A stretch of 64,000 nucleotides of DNA from Nitrospirota bacterium (GCA_016201865.1 JACQCA010000081.1:9546-73545); one strand, 5' to 3'. Shown: positions 18,461 through 28,562, numbered from the stretch's first letter. The notes: generated from the sequence alone by a model not told the origin. Translations and numbers: made by a program.

Positions 18461-19321
18461 ATGGCGGAATCACTGGCGCATACGTTTGGGCAGATTATCG
18501 GCAACGTTCTTGAAGAGGCTGTCGAACCGGCACTCAGGAAGTTCGCCGGTGATCACGGCTTACTCTTGGACAAAAAGGGACACAGGAATGCGCGAAAAGG
18601 AAAGAAAGTCACATGGACAGACATCTATGGTAATTCTCACGACTTGGATTTCGTCCTTGAGCGTGGCGGCACGGAAAAGACCATCGGGACACCTGTTGCG
18701 TTTATTGAAACAGCATGGAGAAGATACACGAAGCACTCCCGAAACAAAGCACAGGAGATACAGGGCGCAATTCAAGCGCTGGCGCTTACGCACAAATACA
18801 GTCATCCGTTTATAGGCACCATTTTGGCCGGGGTCTTCACTGATGGCGCATTGACGCAGTTGAAGTCCTTGGGATTCCACGTTTTGTACTTTCCTTACAA
18901 ATCCATCCTCACGGCTTTCAAATCGGTGGGCGTTGATGCAGACTTCAACGAGAACACACCGGAAAAAGAGTTCCGCCGCAAACTCAGACAATGGAAATCA
19001 ATAAGCAAGAAAATAAAACGTAGTATTGCGAAATGCCTCATTGATTTGCACAAGGCCGACATTCAAGCCTTTTTTGACGCACTCGAAAAGAGCATCGCAC
19101 GGAAGATAGCCAAGATCACCATCATTCCATTGCATGGCCGGGAATCTGAACACCGGACGGTTGAAACAGCCATTGAATTCCTGACATCATATAAAGCAAC
19201 CAATATGGAAGCAGGCGTTTATAAGTTCGAGATTTACATCCGCTACTCAAATGGTGATCGAATTACCGCTGAGTTCACTGATAAAAACGCCGCTGTGGAG
19301 TTCCTGAACAAATACATGTGA
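18461..19321 (+). CDS. Hypothetical protein, candidate PD-(D/E)xK restriction endonuclease
   Basis: Its ATG lies 2 nt after the methyltransferase-2 stop. Length 286 aa. Possible nuclease core HDLDFVLE...AFIETAW. AT-rich codon usage. Confidence 0.35.
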   Translation: MAESLAHTFGQIIGNVLEEAVEPALRKFAGDHGLLLDKKGHRNARKGKKVTWTDIYGNSHDLDFVLERGGTEKTIGTPVAFIETAWRRYTKHSRNKAQEIQGAIQALALTHKYSHPFIGTILAGVFTDGALTQLKSLGFHVLYFPYKSILTAFKSVGVDADFNENTPEKEFRRKLRQWKSISKKIKRSIAKCLIDLHKADIQAFFDALEKSIARKIAKITIIPLHGRESEHRTVETAIEFLTSYKATNMEAGVYKFEIYIRYSNGDRITAEFTDKNAAVEFLNKYM

Positions 19322-19399
19322 GCTAACGATAGAATCGGCGGACGGAGAACCCGCTACGAGGCTTTGCCGCCATTCATTTTAAGGAAACCGCAAGATAGA

Positions 19400-22156
19400 A
19401 TGTCCGATCTCACCCCCCTCATGAAACAGTATACGGAGATCAAACAGCGTCATAAGGACGCGATTCTGTTTTTCCGCGTGGGCGATTTCTATGAGATGTT
19501 CTTCGAGGACGCCGTGATCGCCTCGAAGATTCTCGAGATCGCGCTGACCTCGCGCGACAAATCGAAGGAAGACGCGGTGCCGCTCTGCGGCATCCCCTAT
19601 CACGCCGCCTCGACCTACATCGCCAAACTGATTCGGGCCGGGAAGAGCGTCGCGATCTGCGATCAGGTCGAGGATCCCGCCTTGGCCAAGGGTCTTGTCC
19701 GCCGCGAAGTCGTCCGGGTCATCACGCCGGGCACGCTGATCGAACCGGAGCTTCTTTCCGCCGACCAAAACAACTACCTTGCCTCGGTGGCCCTCTCCAA
19801 GGCAGGCTGCGGGCTGGCGTTTGTTGATCTGTCGACGGGAGAGTTCAACCTGACCCAGTTCGACGGCGCCGCGGCCCAAGAAGAACTTCTATCCGAACTG
19901 TCCCGATTGGATCCCAAAGAGATCCTTCTGGCCGAATCTGAGCTGGCGCGCTTTGAGACTTCGCTGAACGATCAGACAACCGCGCAGATATCTTCAATGC
20001 GACTCTGCCGGTTTACGGACACCGCCTTTGATCCCGGATTGGCTCGTCAAGCGCTGCTGGATCATTTTCAACTTCAGTCCCTGGCCGGTTTCGGTTGCGA
20101 AGAGATCCCGATGGCCGTCGCGGCCGCCGGCGCATTGTTGCGCTATCTCCAAGAGACCCAGCTCACGGCCCTGGGACATTTAAACCGAATCAAACCATAC
20201 CGGCGCGCGGACCATCTCATACTGGATTCGATCACGCAACGGAATCTGGAGTTGACCCGGCGTCTGATGGACGGCCGTCCGGAAGGCTCGTTGCTCTGGA
20301 CGCTGGACCGGACCCTCACGCCGATGGGCGCGCGGCTCCTCCGGAACTGGCTGCTTCAGCCGCTGCTGGACATCCCGGCCATTCGGGCGCGGCAGTCCGC
20401 GATCGAAGCCTTCTGGGTCGAGACGATGCATCGGACGCGTCTTCGTTCAATCTTCAAGGGCATCGCAGACCTGGAACGGCTCATCGGACGGATCTCGCTC
20501 GGCACGGCCAACGCCCGCGACCTCATTCAACTCAAAAATTCGATCGCGCAGCTTCCGTCCGTCTACAAATGTCTGGCGGAACAGCCGGACAGAATTTACA
20601 TCGGGGGGGGACAGATTTCAAATCTGTCCCCAGCCACTCCCCAGCCAGTACTGGAATCCATCCGCGCCGGATGGGACGATCTCACCGATATCCAGTCCCG
20701 AATCCAACAGACTCTGGTGGACGATCCGCCGCCGGGGCTGCGCGACGGCGGACTGATCCGGGACGGTATTGACCCGACGCTGGACGAGCTGAAAGACATC
20801 GCCCGCGATGGAAAACGCTGGCTCTCAGCCCTGGAAGCGAAAGAGCGGGAACGGACCGGGATCGAATCGCTCAAGGTGCGTTACAACCAGGTGTTTGGAT
20901 ACTACATCGAGGTGACGAAGACCCATCTCTCGCGCGTGCCGACGGATTACCACCGCAAACAGACGCTTGTGAATGCCGAGCGGTTCATCACGCCCGAGTT
21001 AAAAGAACTGGAAACCAAGGTGCTCGGCGCGGAAGAACACCGCCGGGGGCTTGAGTACGAAATCTTCGAACGGCTTCGTAAGGAGGTCGCGGATTCCACT
21101 CCCCGGGTTCAGGCGATGGCGCGGTCGGTCGCTCTCTTAGATGTCTTATCCACGCTGGCCGAGGTTGCGGCGACGGAGCATTATGTCAGGCCCGAGGTCC
21201 ATGACGGCGATGAGATCCGGATCGTCGACGGCCGCCATCCGATGTTGGAGCGAATGCTGCCGAGAGGGGCCCGGTTCATCCCGAACGATGCCATCATAGA
21301 TCGGCAAGACAACCGATTGCTGATCATCACCGGACCCAACATGGCCGGCAAGTCCACCTATATGCGACAGGTCGCGTTGATCGTGATTCTGGCCCAGATC
21401 GGCGGCTTCGTGCCGGCCGCCGAAGCCCGAATCGGGATGGTGGACCGGATCTTCACGCGGATCGGGGCCTCGGATGATCTGATGGGCGGGCAGAGCACCT
21501 TCATGGTCGAGATGACCGAAACGGCCGCCCTCCTTCATCAGGCCACCGGCCGGAGTCTGATCCTGTTGGACGAGATCGGACGCGGGACGAGCACCTTCGA
21601 CGGCGTCAGCATCGCCTGGGCCGTGGCCGAATACCTTCACGACACGACCCGATCCGGCGCGCGGACGCTCTTCGCCACCCATTATCATCAGCTCACCGAA
21701 TTGGCTTTGACTTTTCCCGGAATAAAGAATTACAATATCGCCGTTCGCGAATGGAACGACGAGATCATCTTTCTTCGGAAGATCGTGGCGGGCGGGACCG
21801 ATCGGAGTTACGGCATCCAGGTGGCCCGACTGGCCGGTCTGCCTCATGAGGTCATCGGCCGAGCGAAGGAAATCTTGGCCAACCTGGAAAGCGGAGAACT
21901 CAACGAGTTCGGCCAACCCCGGTTGGCTTCGAGTCCCGATTCACCGTCGGCCGCTACGGATGCCGCGCAGCTCGATCTCTTAACCGGGAGGGGACCGATT
22001 TCCAATCCGTCCCCGGCCGACAGGCATCCCGTCATCAAAGAAATTTTGCAGGAACTCCGGGAAATGGATCTTGACCGTCTCACGCCGCTGGAGGCGATCA
22101 ACCGCCTCCATGAACTGAGGAAGAAGGCCGAGGGGGCGTCCGAAGGGGCCTCCTAA
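19400..22156 (+). CDS. mutS: DNA mismatch repair protein MutS
   Basis: MSDLTPLMKQYTEIKQRH, the Walker A motif GPNMAGKSTYMRQ and DEIGRGTSTFDG. The start was set at MSDL (RBS AAGGAA). Confidence 0.95.
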   Translation: MSDLTPLMKQYTEIKQRHKDAILFFRVGDFYEMFFEDAVIASKILEIALTSRDKSKEDAVPLCGIPYHAASTYIAKLIRAGKSVAICDQVEDPALAKGLVRREVVRVITPGTLIEPELLSADQNNYLASVALSKAGCGLAFVDLSTGEFNLTQFDGAAAQEELLSELSRLDPKEILLAESELARFETSLNDQTTAQISSMRLCRFTDTAFDPGLARQALLDHFQLQSLAGFGCEEIPMAVAAAGALLRYLQETQLTALGHLNRIKPYRRADHLILDSITQRNLELTRRLMDGRPEGSLLWTLDRTLTPMGARLLRNWLLQPLLDIPAIRARQSAIEAFWVETMHRTRLRSIFKGIADLERLIGRISLGTANARDLIQLKNSIAQLPSVYKCLAEQPDRIYIGGGQISNLSPATPQPVLESIRAGWDDLTDIQSRIQQTLVDDPPPGLRDGGLIRDGIDPTLDELKDIARDGKRWLSALEAKERERTGIESLKVRYNQVFGYYIEVTKTHLSRVPTDYHRKQTLVNAERFITPELKELETKVLGAEEHRRGLEYEIFERLRKEVADSTPRVQAMARSVALLDVLSTLAEVAATEHYVRPEVHDGDEIRIVDGRHPMLERMLPRGARFIPNDAIIDRQDNRLLIITGPNMAGKSTYMRQVALIVILAQIGGFVPAAEARIGMVDRIFTRIGASDDLMGGQSTFMVEMTETAALLHQATGRSLILLDEIGRGTSTFDGVSIAWAVAEYLHDTTRSGARTLFATHYHQLTELALTFPGIKNYNIAVREWNDEIIFLRKIVAGGTDRSYGIQVARLAGLPHEVIGRAKEILANLESGELNEFGQPRLASSPDSPSAATDAAQLDLLTGRGPISNPSPADRHPVIKEILQELREMDLDRLTPLEAINRLHELRKKAEGASEGAS
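20603..20631. repeat. Family A palindromic element, a perfect copy inserted in-frame in mutS
   Basis: GGGGGGGGACAGATTTCAAATCTGTCCCC. A 12-bp stem with a 1-nt loop. It is translated as GGGQISNLSP. Confidence 0.75.
21990..22014. repeat. Family A palindromic element, a diverged copy in-frame in the mutS C-terminal linker
   Basis: GGGGACCGATTTCCAATCCGTCCCC. Three substitutions relative to the perfect copy. It is translated as RGPISNPSP. Confidence 0.65.
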
Positions 22157-22173
22157 GCCGGAAGAAAACAGGC

Positions 22174-23550
22174 ATGCCGTTGAAAAAACATACCGTTAAA
22201 CTGGCCATTATCGGCGGGGGACACGGAGGACGAGCGCTCCTGGACCTGTTGTACGATGACCCCACCGTCGAGATCGTCGGCATCGCCGATCTCAATCCCA
22301 AGGCCCCGGGCATGACGCTGGCAAGACGATTGAAGATCCCGCGCACCACCGACTACCGAAAGCTTTTGCAATCGAACGACATTGAACTCATCATGGACGT
22401 GACCGGCAATCTAAAAGTCCGAAGGGAGCTGGCCCAGACCGCCCCTAAGGCCGAGGTCATCGGGGGGCACAGCGCCCGCTTCATGTGGGAAATGATCGAG
22501 GCCCGGATCAAAAGCCGAAATGAGATCGAACGGCTGTTGCTGGAATACCAATCCCTCTATGATCTCGGGTTAAAACTCACGGCCAGCGAGAATCCGGAAA
22601 AACTCTACAACACGATCGTGGACTACGCCACCAGTCTCACGAATACGCCGGCCGGCAGCCTTACCATTTTTGAGGAAAAAAAGGGCGAGATGTTCCTCGC
22701 CGCCGTCAAGGGAGTTTCCCTGCAGTTTTCAAAGCAGACGCGATGGAAGGTCCGACAGGGCGGGCTCACCAGCCACATCCTCAATCAGGATGAACCGCTG
22801 GCGATCCAGGACGTCCGACACTACGAGAGATTCGACAACCCGATCATGCTGCGCGAAGGCATTCGTTCCCTGATCGCCTCGCCGCTGAAGACCGAAGGGA
22901 GGATCGTGGGCATCCTGTATGTCGACGACTTCAGGCCGCGTCCGTATACCGCCCGCGAGATCTCTCTTCTGTCGCTCCTGTCCACCTTCGCCGCCATGGC
23001 GATCGAAAAGACCAAGCTGCTCGAAAGCACCCGGATCCTGGCGATCACGGATGAGCTGACCGGTCTGTACAACCACCGCCACTTCCGGCAACAATTGAAT
23101 CTGGAGATCAGCCGGGCGGAGCGATACCGTCGGTCGCTCTCCCTCATGATGATCGATATCGACTATTTCAAACAGTACAACGACACCAACGGCCACCTGA
23201 AGGGCAACGAGGTGTTGAAGGATGTGGGACGGCTCTTAAGAACGATGAGCCGGGAGGTGGACATCGTCGCCCGCTACGGCGGCGAAGAATTCGCGATCAT
23301 CATGCCGGAGACGGAGCGTCGCAAGGCGCGGGCCTTTTCCGAACGACTGCGGAAGAAAATCGCCGACCACCCCTTCGAGAATGCCCGCAAGCAGCCGAAC
23401 AAAAAACTCACCGTCAGCATCGGCGCGGCCGCCTATCCCGAAAACGCGTCCACGGCCTTTGATCTCATCGAACAGGCCGATCGGGCGCTCTATGAGGCCA
23501 AGCGGTCTGGCCGAAACCTCGTTTGCGTTTCCAACCGGAAAGTAAAATAA
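22174..23550 (+). CDS. Diguanylate cyclase (GGDEF) with an N-terminal Rossmann-like domain and a GAF domain
   Basis: N-terminal LAIIGGGHGG, and RYGGEEFAIIMPET. Confidence 0.85.
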   Translation: MPLKKHTVKLAIIGGGHGGRALLDLLYDDPTVEIVGIADLNPKAPGMTLARRLKIPRTTDYRKLLQSNDIELIMDVTGNLKVRRELAQTAPKAEVIGGHSARFMWEMIEARIKSRNEIERLLLEYQSLYDLGLKLTASENPEKLYNTIVDYATSLTNTPAGSLTIFEEKKGEMFLAAVKGVSLQFSKQTRWKVRQGGLTSHILNQDEPLAIQDVRHYERFDNPIMLREGIRSLIASPLKTEGRIVGILYVDDFRPRPYTAREISLLSLLSTFAAMAIEKTKLLESTRILAITDELTGLYNHRHFRQQLNLEISRAERYRRSLSLMMIDIDYFKQYNDTNGHLKGNEVLKDVGRLLRTMSREVDIVARYGGEEFAIIMPETERRKARAFSERLRKKIADHPFENARKQPNKKLTVSIGAAAYPENASTAFDLIEQADRALYEAKRSGRNLVCVSNRKVK

Positions 23551-23562
23551 CCCAACGCACAT

Positions 23563-23590
23563 AGGGGCGCGGCGCGCCGCGCCCCTATGG
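23563..23590. terminator. Family B palindrome acting as a bidirectional terminator between convergent genes
   Basis: ATAGGGGCGCGGCGCGCCGCGCCCCTAT. A perfect palindrome. Confidence 0.6.
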
Positions 23591-23619
23591 AAATCGTGCC
23601 ATGCGCGTTCAGTTCAGAT

Positions 23620-24846
23620 TCAATTCAAGAGGCGTTCAAATCGCGCGGCCTCCGAACCCACCGGACCGAGAATAGTCAGGGAAAGGTTTCTCGCATCGAG
23701 GAGCTGCTCGCTCAACCGCCGGACCTGCCGTTCTGAAACCTTGTTGATCTCGCTGAGCGTCTCCTCCAGCGTGAAGAACCGCCCGAAATAGATCTCGTCC
23801 CGTGCAAGCCGGCTCATCCGGCTGTTCGTGCTCTCCAGACCGAGCAGGATGCCGCCTTTCATCTGATTCACGGCCCGTCTCAATTCATCGGTCCGGATCC
23901 CGCGGTTGCGCAGTTTTCGAAGCTCCATGAGCGTCAGGTCAAGAACCTGCCGGACGGCTCTTGGAGCGGAAGCGGCATACACCGTCAGCATCCCGGCGTC
24001 TTTGAAGCCGGCGAAATGAGAATAGATCGAATAGACCAGTCCCCGTTTCTCGCGGACCTCCTGAAACAGCCGCGAGCTCATCCCCCCGCCCAGCAGCGTG
24101 TTCAAGGCATACATGCCATACCGGTCGCGATGGGTCAGCGGGAGTCCCGGAAGCCCCAGACAGAGATGCGCCTGTTCGAGTTTTTTGCGACGGATCACGA
24201 GACGACCGTCGGCCACCGGCGATGGAGGACGCCCGTACGATTCCCGCTCGGCGGTGCGGCCGAACGTGCGGAACGCCCGATTCAACTGCCGGATCAGCGC
24301 AGACCGATTAAATCGTCCGGCCACCGAAATGACGATGCGATCGGGAAGGTATTTTCGATTCAAATAGTCCAGAATTTTTCGTTGGGAAATCGCCCGGATG
24401 ATCTTGACTTCGCCCAGGATCGGTCGGCCGATCGGGTTCCCGCGCCAGACATTTGCGGTATGGAGGTCGTGGACCAGGTCTTCGGGATCGTCCTCGACCA
24501 TCTTGATCTCTTCCAGGACGACCTTCTTTTCACGCTCGATCTCGACGGGGCTGAAGCGGGAATGGCGGAAGAGGTCCGACAGGAGATCCACCGCCTGAGG
24601 AAGATGTTCGTCAACCACCTTGGCGTAGAAGGCCGTGGTCTCGCGCGAGGTGAAGGCGTTGAGCTCGCCGCCCAGGCCGTCCATCTCCTGCGCGATCTGT
24701 TGGGCCGACCGGCGGGCCGTGCCCTTGAAGAACATATGCTCGACAAAGTGGGAAAGCCCGGCCTCGGCATCCGTCTCGTCGCGCGACCCGACCTCGACCC
24801 AGATCCCAAGCGAGGCCGACTTCACGAACGGGATCTCTTCCATCAC
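23620..24846 (-). CDS. M16-family zinc peptidase (insulinase-like)
   Basis: HxxEH zinc motif SHFVEHMFFKGT. The conserved N-terminal residues LDNGIRVV are encoded in-frame upstream of the first canonical start. The true 5' end may lie near 24903. Confidence 0.8.
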   Translation of the reverse strand: MMEEIPFVKSASLGIWVEVGSRDETDAEAGLSHFVEHMFFKGTARRSAQQIAQEMDGLGGELNAFTSRETTAFYAKVVDEHLPQAVDLLSDLFRHSRFSPVEIEREKKVVLEEIKMVEDDPEDLVHDLHTANVWRGNPIGRPILGEVKIIRAISQRKILDYLNRKYLPDRIVISVAGRFNRSALIRQLNRAFRTFGRTAERESYGRPPSPVADGRLVIRRKKLEQAHLCLGLPGLPLTHRDRYGMYALNTLLGGGMSSRLFQEVREKRGLVYSIYSHFAGFKDAGMLTVYAASAPRAVRQVLDLTLMELRKLRNRGIRTDELRRAVNQMKGGILLGLESTNSRMSRLARDEIYFGRFFTLEETLSEINKVSERQVRRLSEQLLDARNLSLTILGPVGSEAARFERLLN

Positions 24847-24903
24847 GACCCGAATCCCGTTGTCTAAAACCTCTTTGTGAAACGGCCGCTTGTCCGTGGA
24901 CTT

Positions 24904-27020
24904 CTACCCTTTCTTGCCTTCCGCCTCGGACTTTCCGCCCAAGGCGGACTTCAGAACATCTTTCCGGCTGAGGCGGATCTTTCCCTGCTTGTCCACCTCT
25001 AAAACCTTCACCAGGATCTCATCGCCCTCTTTCACCTCGTCCTGGACCCGGTTCACGCGATGCTCCGCCAGTTGGGAGATATGGACCAAACCGTCCGTCC
25101 CCGGCAGGATCTCGACAAAGGCGCCGAAATCCATGATCTTGACCACCTTGCCTTTGTAGATCTTTCCGACCTCGACCTCCTCGGTGATTTTGCCGATCAT
25201 TTCCATCGCCAGCTTGGCCGCCTCGGCGTCGGCGGAGGCGATCAGGATCGTTCCGTCGTCCTCGATGTCGATCTTCACGCCGGTCTTCTCGACGATGCCG
25301 CGAACAACCTTGCCGCCCGGGCCGATCACCGCGCCGATCATATCCTTTTTCACATGCATCGTGAAGATGCGCGGCGCGAGGGGAGACAGGTCAGGCCGCG
25401 GCGCTGCGAGGGCCTCGGCCATCCGGTCCAGGATATGAAGCCGGCCGATGCGGGCCTGCTCCAGCGCCTCGCGGAAAAGTGACTCCGTAATCCCCGGTAT
25501 TTTCATATCCATCTGAAGGGCCGTCACCCCCTGACGGGTTCCGGTCACCTTGAAATCCATATCGCCCAGATGATCCTCCAGTCCCAGGATGTCCGAGAGG
25601 ATCACGGTCTGCGGTCCTTCCTTGATCAGACCCATCGCGATGCCGGCCACAGGGGCCTTGATCTGAACGCCCGCGTCCATCAGGGCCAGCGTCCCGCCGC
25701 AGACCGTCGCCATCGAGGAAGAACCGTTCGATTCCAGAATGTCCGACACGATCCGGAGCGTGTACGGAAAGGCTTCCCGGCTCGGGATGACCGGCCTCAA
25801 GGCCCGCTCGGCCAGTGCCCCGTGCCCGATTTCCCGTCGTCCCGGTCCCCGCATCGGCCGGGCCTCGCCCACCGAAAACGGCGGGAAGTTATAATGCAGC
25901 ATGAACGTCTTTGTGGACTCGCCTTCCAGCGCGTCGATCCGCTGTTCATCTTCGGCCGTTCCGAGCGTCACCACGGCCAAGCTCTGCGTCTCACCCCGCG
26001 TGAAGAGAGCCGAGCCGTGCGTTCGGGGGAGAATCCCGACCTCGCAGGTAATCGGCCGGATCGCGGAGCAGCCGCGCCCGTCCGCTCGAACGCCCTTGGT
26101 CAGGATCATCTGGCGGACGGCGTTCCGCTCCAGTTCGTGAAAGATCTCGGTGATCTCCTGGGTGCGATCCGCCTCCGGTGTGTTGATCTGATCCGCAACC
26201 CCTTTGAGAACGGCCTCCAACCGCTCCTGTCGGGCCGTCTTGTTTGGAATCAGAACGGCCTCTTCGATCTGTTTTAGGCTCTTGGACTTGACCGACTCGA
26301 CCAGCGAAGGATCCGCCGTTTTCTGGACCGGCTCGCGTTTCGGTTTTCCGACCAGCTCCCGCAGTTTTAAAACGATCTGTATGATTTTTTTGATCTCGGC
26401 ATGCGCCAGCGAGATTGCATCAATCATTGTCTGTTCCGAAAGCTCATGGGCGCCGCCTTCCACCATCATCACGGCGTCCTGCGTTCCGGCCACAACCAGA
26501 TTTAGATCACTGGCCTCGATCTCGGCAAATGACGGATTGGTGACGAAACGGCCTTCGATTCGGCCGATCCGGACCGAGGCGACCGGGTCTTTAAGCGGGA
26601 TGTCCGAAATGGTCAATGCCGCGGACGCCGCGATGATTGCAAGCAGATCGGAAACATTCCCCTGATCGGCCGACAGGACCGAGGCGATCACCTGTATATC
26701 GAAATAAAACCCTTTCGGAAAGAGCGGCCGCAACGGCCGGTCAATCAGGCGACTGGCCAGAATCTCGCGTTCGGATGGACGCCCTTCCCGTTTGAAGAAG
26801 CCGCCGGGGATCTTCCCGGCCGCATAGGCCTTCTCCTGAAAATCCACGGTGAGCGGAAGAAAATCCACACCCGCCCTTGCGACCTTCGAGGCCACGGCCG
26901 TGGCCAGCACCACCGTATCGCCGTACCGGGCCGTCACCGCGCCGTCGGCCAGCTTGGCCATGCGGCCGGTCTCCAATACCAACTGTTTTCCCCCGATTTC
27001 CAAATCGACTTGATGCGTCA
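24904..27020 (-). CDS. pnp: Polyribonucleotide nucleotidyltransferase (PNPase)
   Basis: MTHQVDLEIGGKQLV..., KH and S1 domains. The track ORF is extended at the 5' end through the leader hairpin. The start was set at MTHQ, preceded by SD AAAAAGGGGG. Confidence 0.95.
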
Positions 27021-27042
27021 TAATGCCCCCTTTTTTCTGGAG

Positions 27043-27090
27043 GGGACAGATTTGAAATCCGTCCCCCGTTCGTAGATTTGAAATTTCAAA
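27043..27090. repeat. Family A palindromic element plus an adjacent half-copy in the rpsO-pnp leader
   Basis: GGGGACAGATTTGAAATCCGTCCCC, then AGATTTGAAATTTCAAA. On the minus (coding) strand the hairpin sits immediately 5' of the pnp SD. Confidence 0.7.
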
Positions 27091-27209
27091 CCAGGCATGC
27101 GGTGACTCGGGGGCAGGAAGTAGGGAGGCATGCGCCCTTCCCATGGAAACGGCGCATCCCGTCCTATCTCCTTTCCCCAAGATTCGGATGCCGACTCGCT
27201 GACGACCGA

Positions 27210-27476
27210 CTACTTGCGAATGCCGAGCTTGTCGATGATCTGTTTATACCGGTCGATATCTTCCCGCTGGAGATAATTCAACAACTTCCGGCGCTGGCTG
27301 ACCATCCGGAGAAGACCGTGACGGGAATGGTGATCTTTCTTGTGGAGCTTGAAATGATCCGTCAACGAATTGATCTGGCTGCTGAGCAGCGCGATCTGGA
27401 CCTCCGGCGAACCGGTATCCTTTGGATGGCTGCCGAACTTCTTCATGACCTCCAGTTTCTGTTGCTTCTCCAGCAT
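27210..27476 (-). CDS. rpsO: 30S ribosomal protein S15
   Basis: [15 protein letters not shown]...[25 protein letters not shown]. The start was set at MLEK. Confidence 0.95.
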   Translation of the reverse strand: MLEKQQKLEVMKKFGSHPKDTGSPEVQIALLSSQINSLTDHFKLHKKDHHSRHGLLRMVSQRRKLLNYLQREDIDRYKQIIDKLGIRK

Positions 27477-27498
27477 AACCCTGCCTCTCCTTTCTATC

Positions 27499-28473
27499 CT
27501 AGAACGCGGCCACCCCGTCCCGGTTGGGACGGCTTCTCTCATCGATCGACACCAATAATTTATCCAACTTGAACAAATTCCTTTTAGGGTCCGCCTGCCG
27601 CTCGGACCCTCCGATCAAGGCTTCCGCCAGGGCGATCAGATCACCGGAAGCATTATACACCAAAACCGGCTGTCCTGTCTTGAATTCTTTGGGCAACCGC
27701 CCCACCGCCGCAAGCCCGATCGGCGCGCCGTTCAGCAACTGCCGGGCGCCGTGATGCGTCACGCGGATGCTGGGAAAATCCTTCAAGACTAGGGCGGCCG
27801 ACAGCAGCCGTTCCCGGATCCGGCCTTCCCGCGCGGCCGTCTCGACCTCCGAAAGCGTCATCGCCTCCTCGATACGGAACGGACCCGAACGGGTCCGCTC
27901 AAGGCGAAGGAGATGGGCCCCGACACCCAAGCGCTCGCCGATATCCTCGCAGAGCGTCCGGACATAGGTTCCCTTGGAACAGGTCACCTCGAACGTCGCG
28001 TCGTTCCCCTCGATCCGAACGAGTTCCAGCCGATGAATGACGACCGTCCTCGGCGCGCGGGCCACCTCGCGACCGGCCCGGGCGGCTTTGTACAGCGGCT
28101 GGCCGTTAACCTTGACGGCGGAATACATCGGCGGAATCTGCCGGATTTCTCCAAGAAACGAGACAAGAACGTCACGAATGCGACCTTCCGTCAAACCCTC
28201 CGCCGCGCGTCGGACGAGGACCTTTCCCGTAGCGTCCTGCGTGTCCGTTGTTTCCCCGAGGCGCATGACGGCGTGGTACTCTTTTTCGGTTTCGGTCAGG
28301 AGCCGCGCCAGTTTGGTGGCCTTGCCCAGGCAGATCGGCAAAACGCCGGTGGCCGCCGGATCCAGTGTTCCGGTATGCCCGACCTTTTTGACCTTCAGGA
28401 GAGAACGCAGACGGGCCACGACATCATGAGAAGTCCATCCCGCCGGCTTATTGATGTTTAAGAATCCGTCCAT
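27499..28473 (-). CDS. truB: tRNA pseudouridine(55) synthase
   Basis: [17 protein letters not shown]...[14 protein letters not shown]. Confidence 0.9.
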   Translation of the reverse strand: MDGFLNINKPAGWTSHDVVARLRSLLKVKKVGHTGTLDPAATGVLPICLGKATKLARLLTETEKEYHAVMRLGETTDTQDATGKVLVRRAAEGLTEGRIRDVLVSFLGEIRQIPPMYSAVKVNGQPLYKAARAGREVARAPRTVVIHRLELVRIEGNDATFEVTCSKGTYVRTLCEDIGERLGVGAHLLRLERTRSGPFRIEEAMTLSEVETAAREGRIRERLLSAALVLKDFPSIRVTHHGARQLLNGAPIGLAAVGRLPKEFKTGQPVLVYNASGDLIALAEALIGGSERQADPKRNLFKLDKLLVSIDERSRPNRDGVAAF

Positions 28474-28562
28474 AATATGGGCTCACGTCGCCCCCTCCAA
28501 AGGCAAAGCCTCTGGAGCCTCCCCCTCTCGCTCGCCTTGCTCGCTGGGGATCAACGGAACCG

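Noticed and set aside
24904-27180. The track's 758-aa pnp ORF starting at 27180
   Set aside because: The N-terminal 53 codons run through the leader hairpin and have no PNPase homology. The real start is MTHQVDLEIGG at 27020, with an SD immediately upstream.
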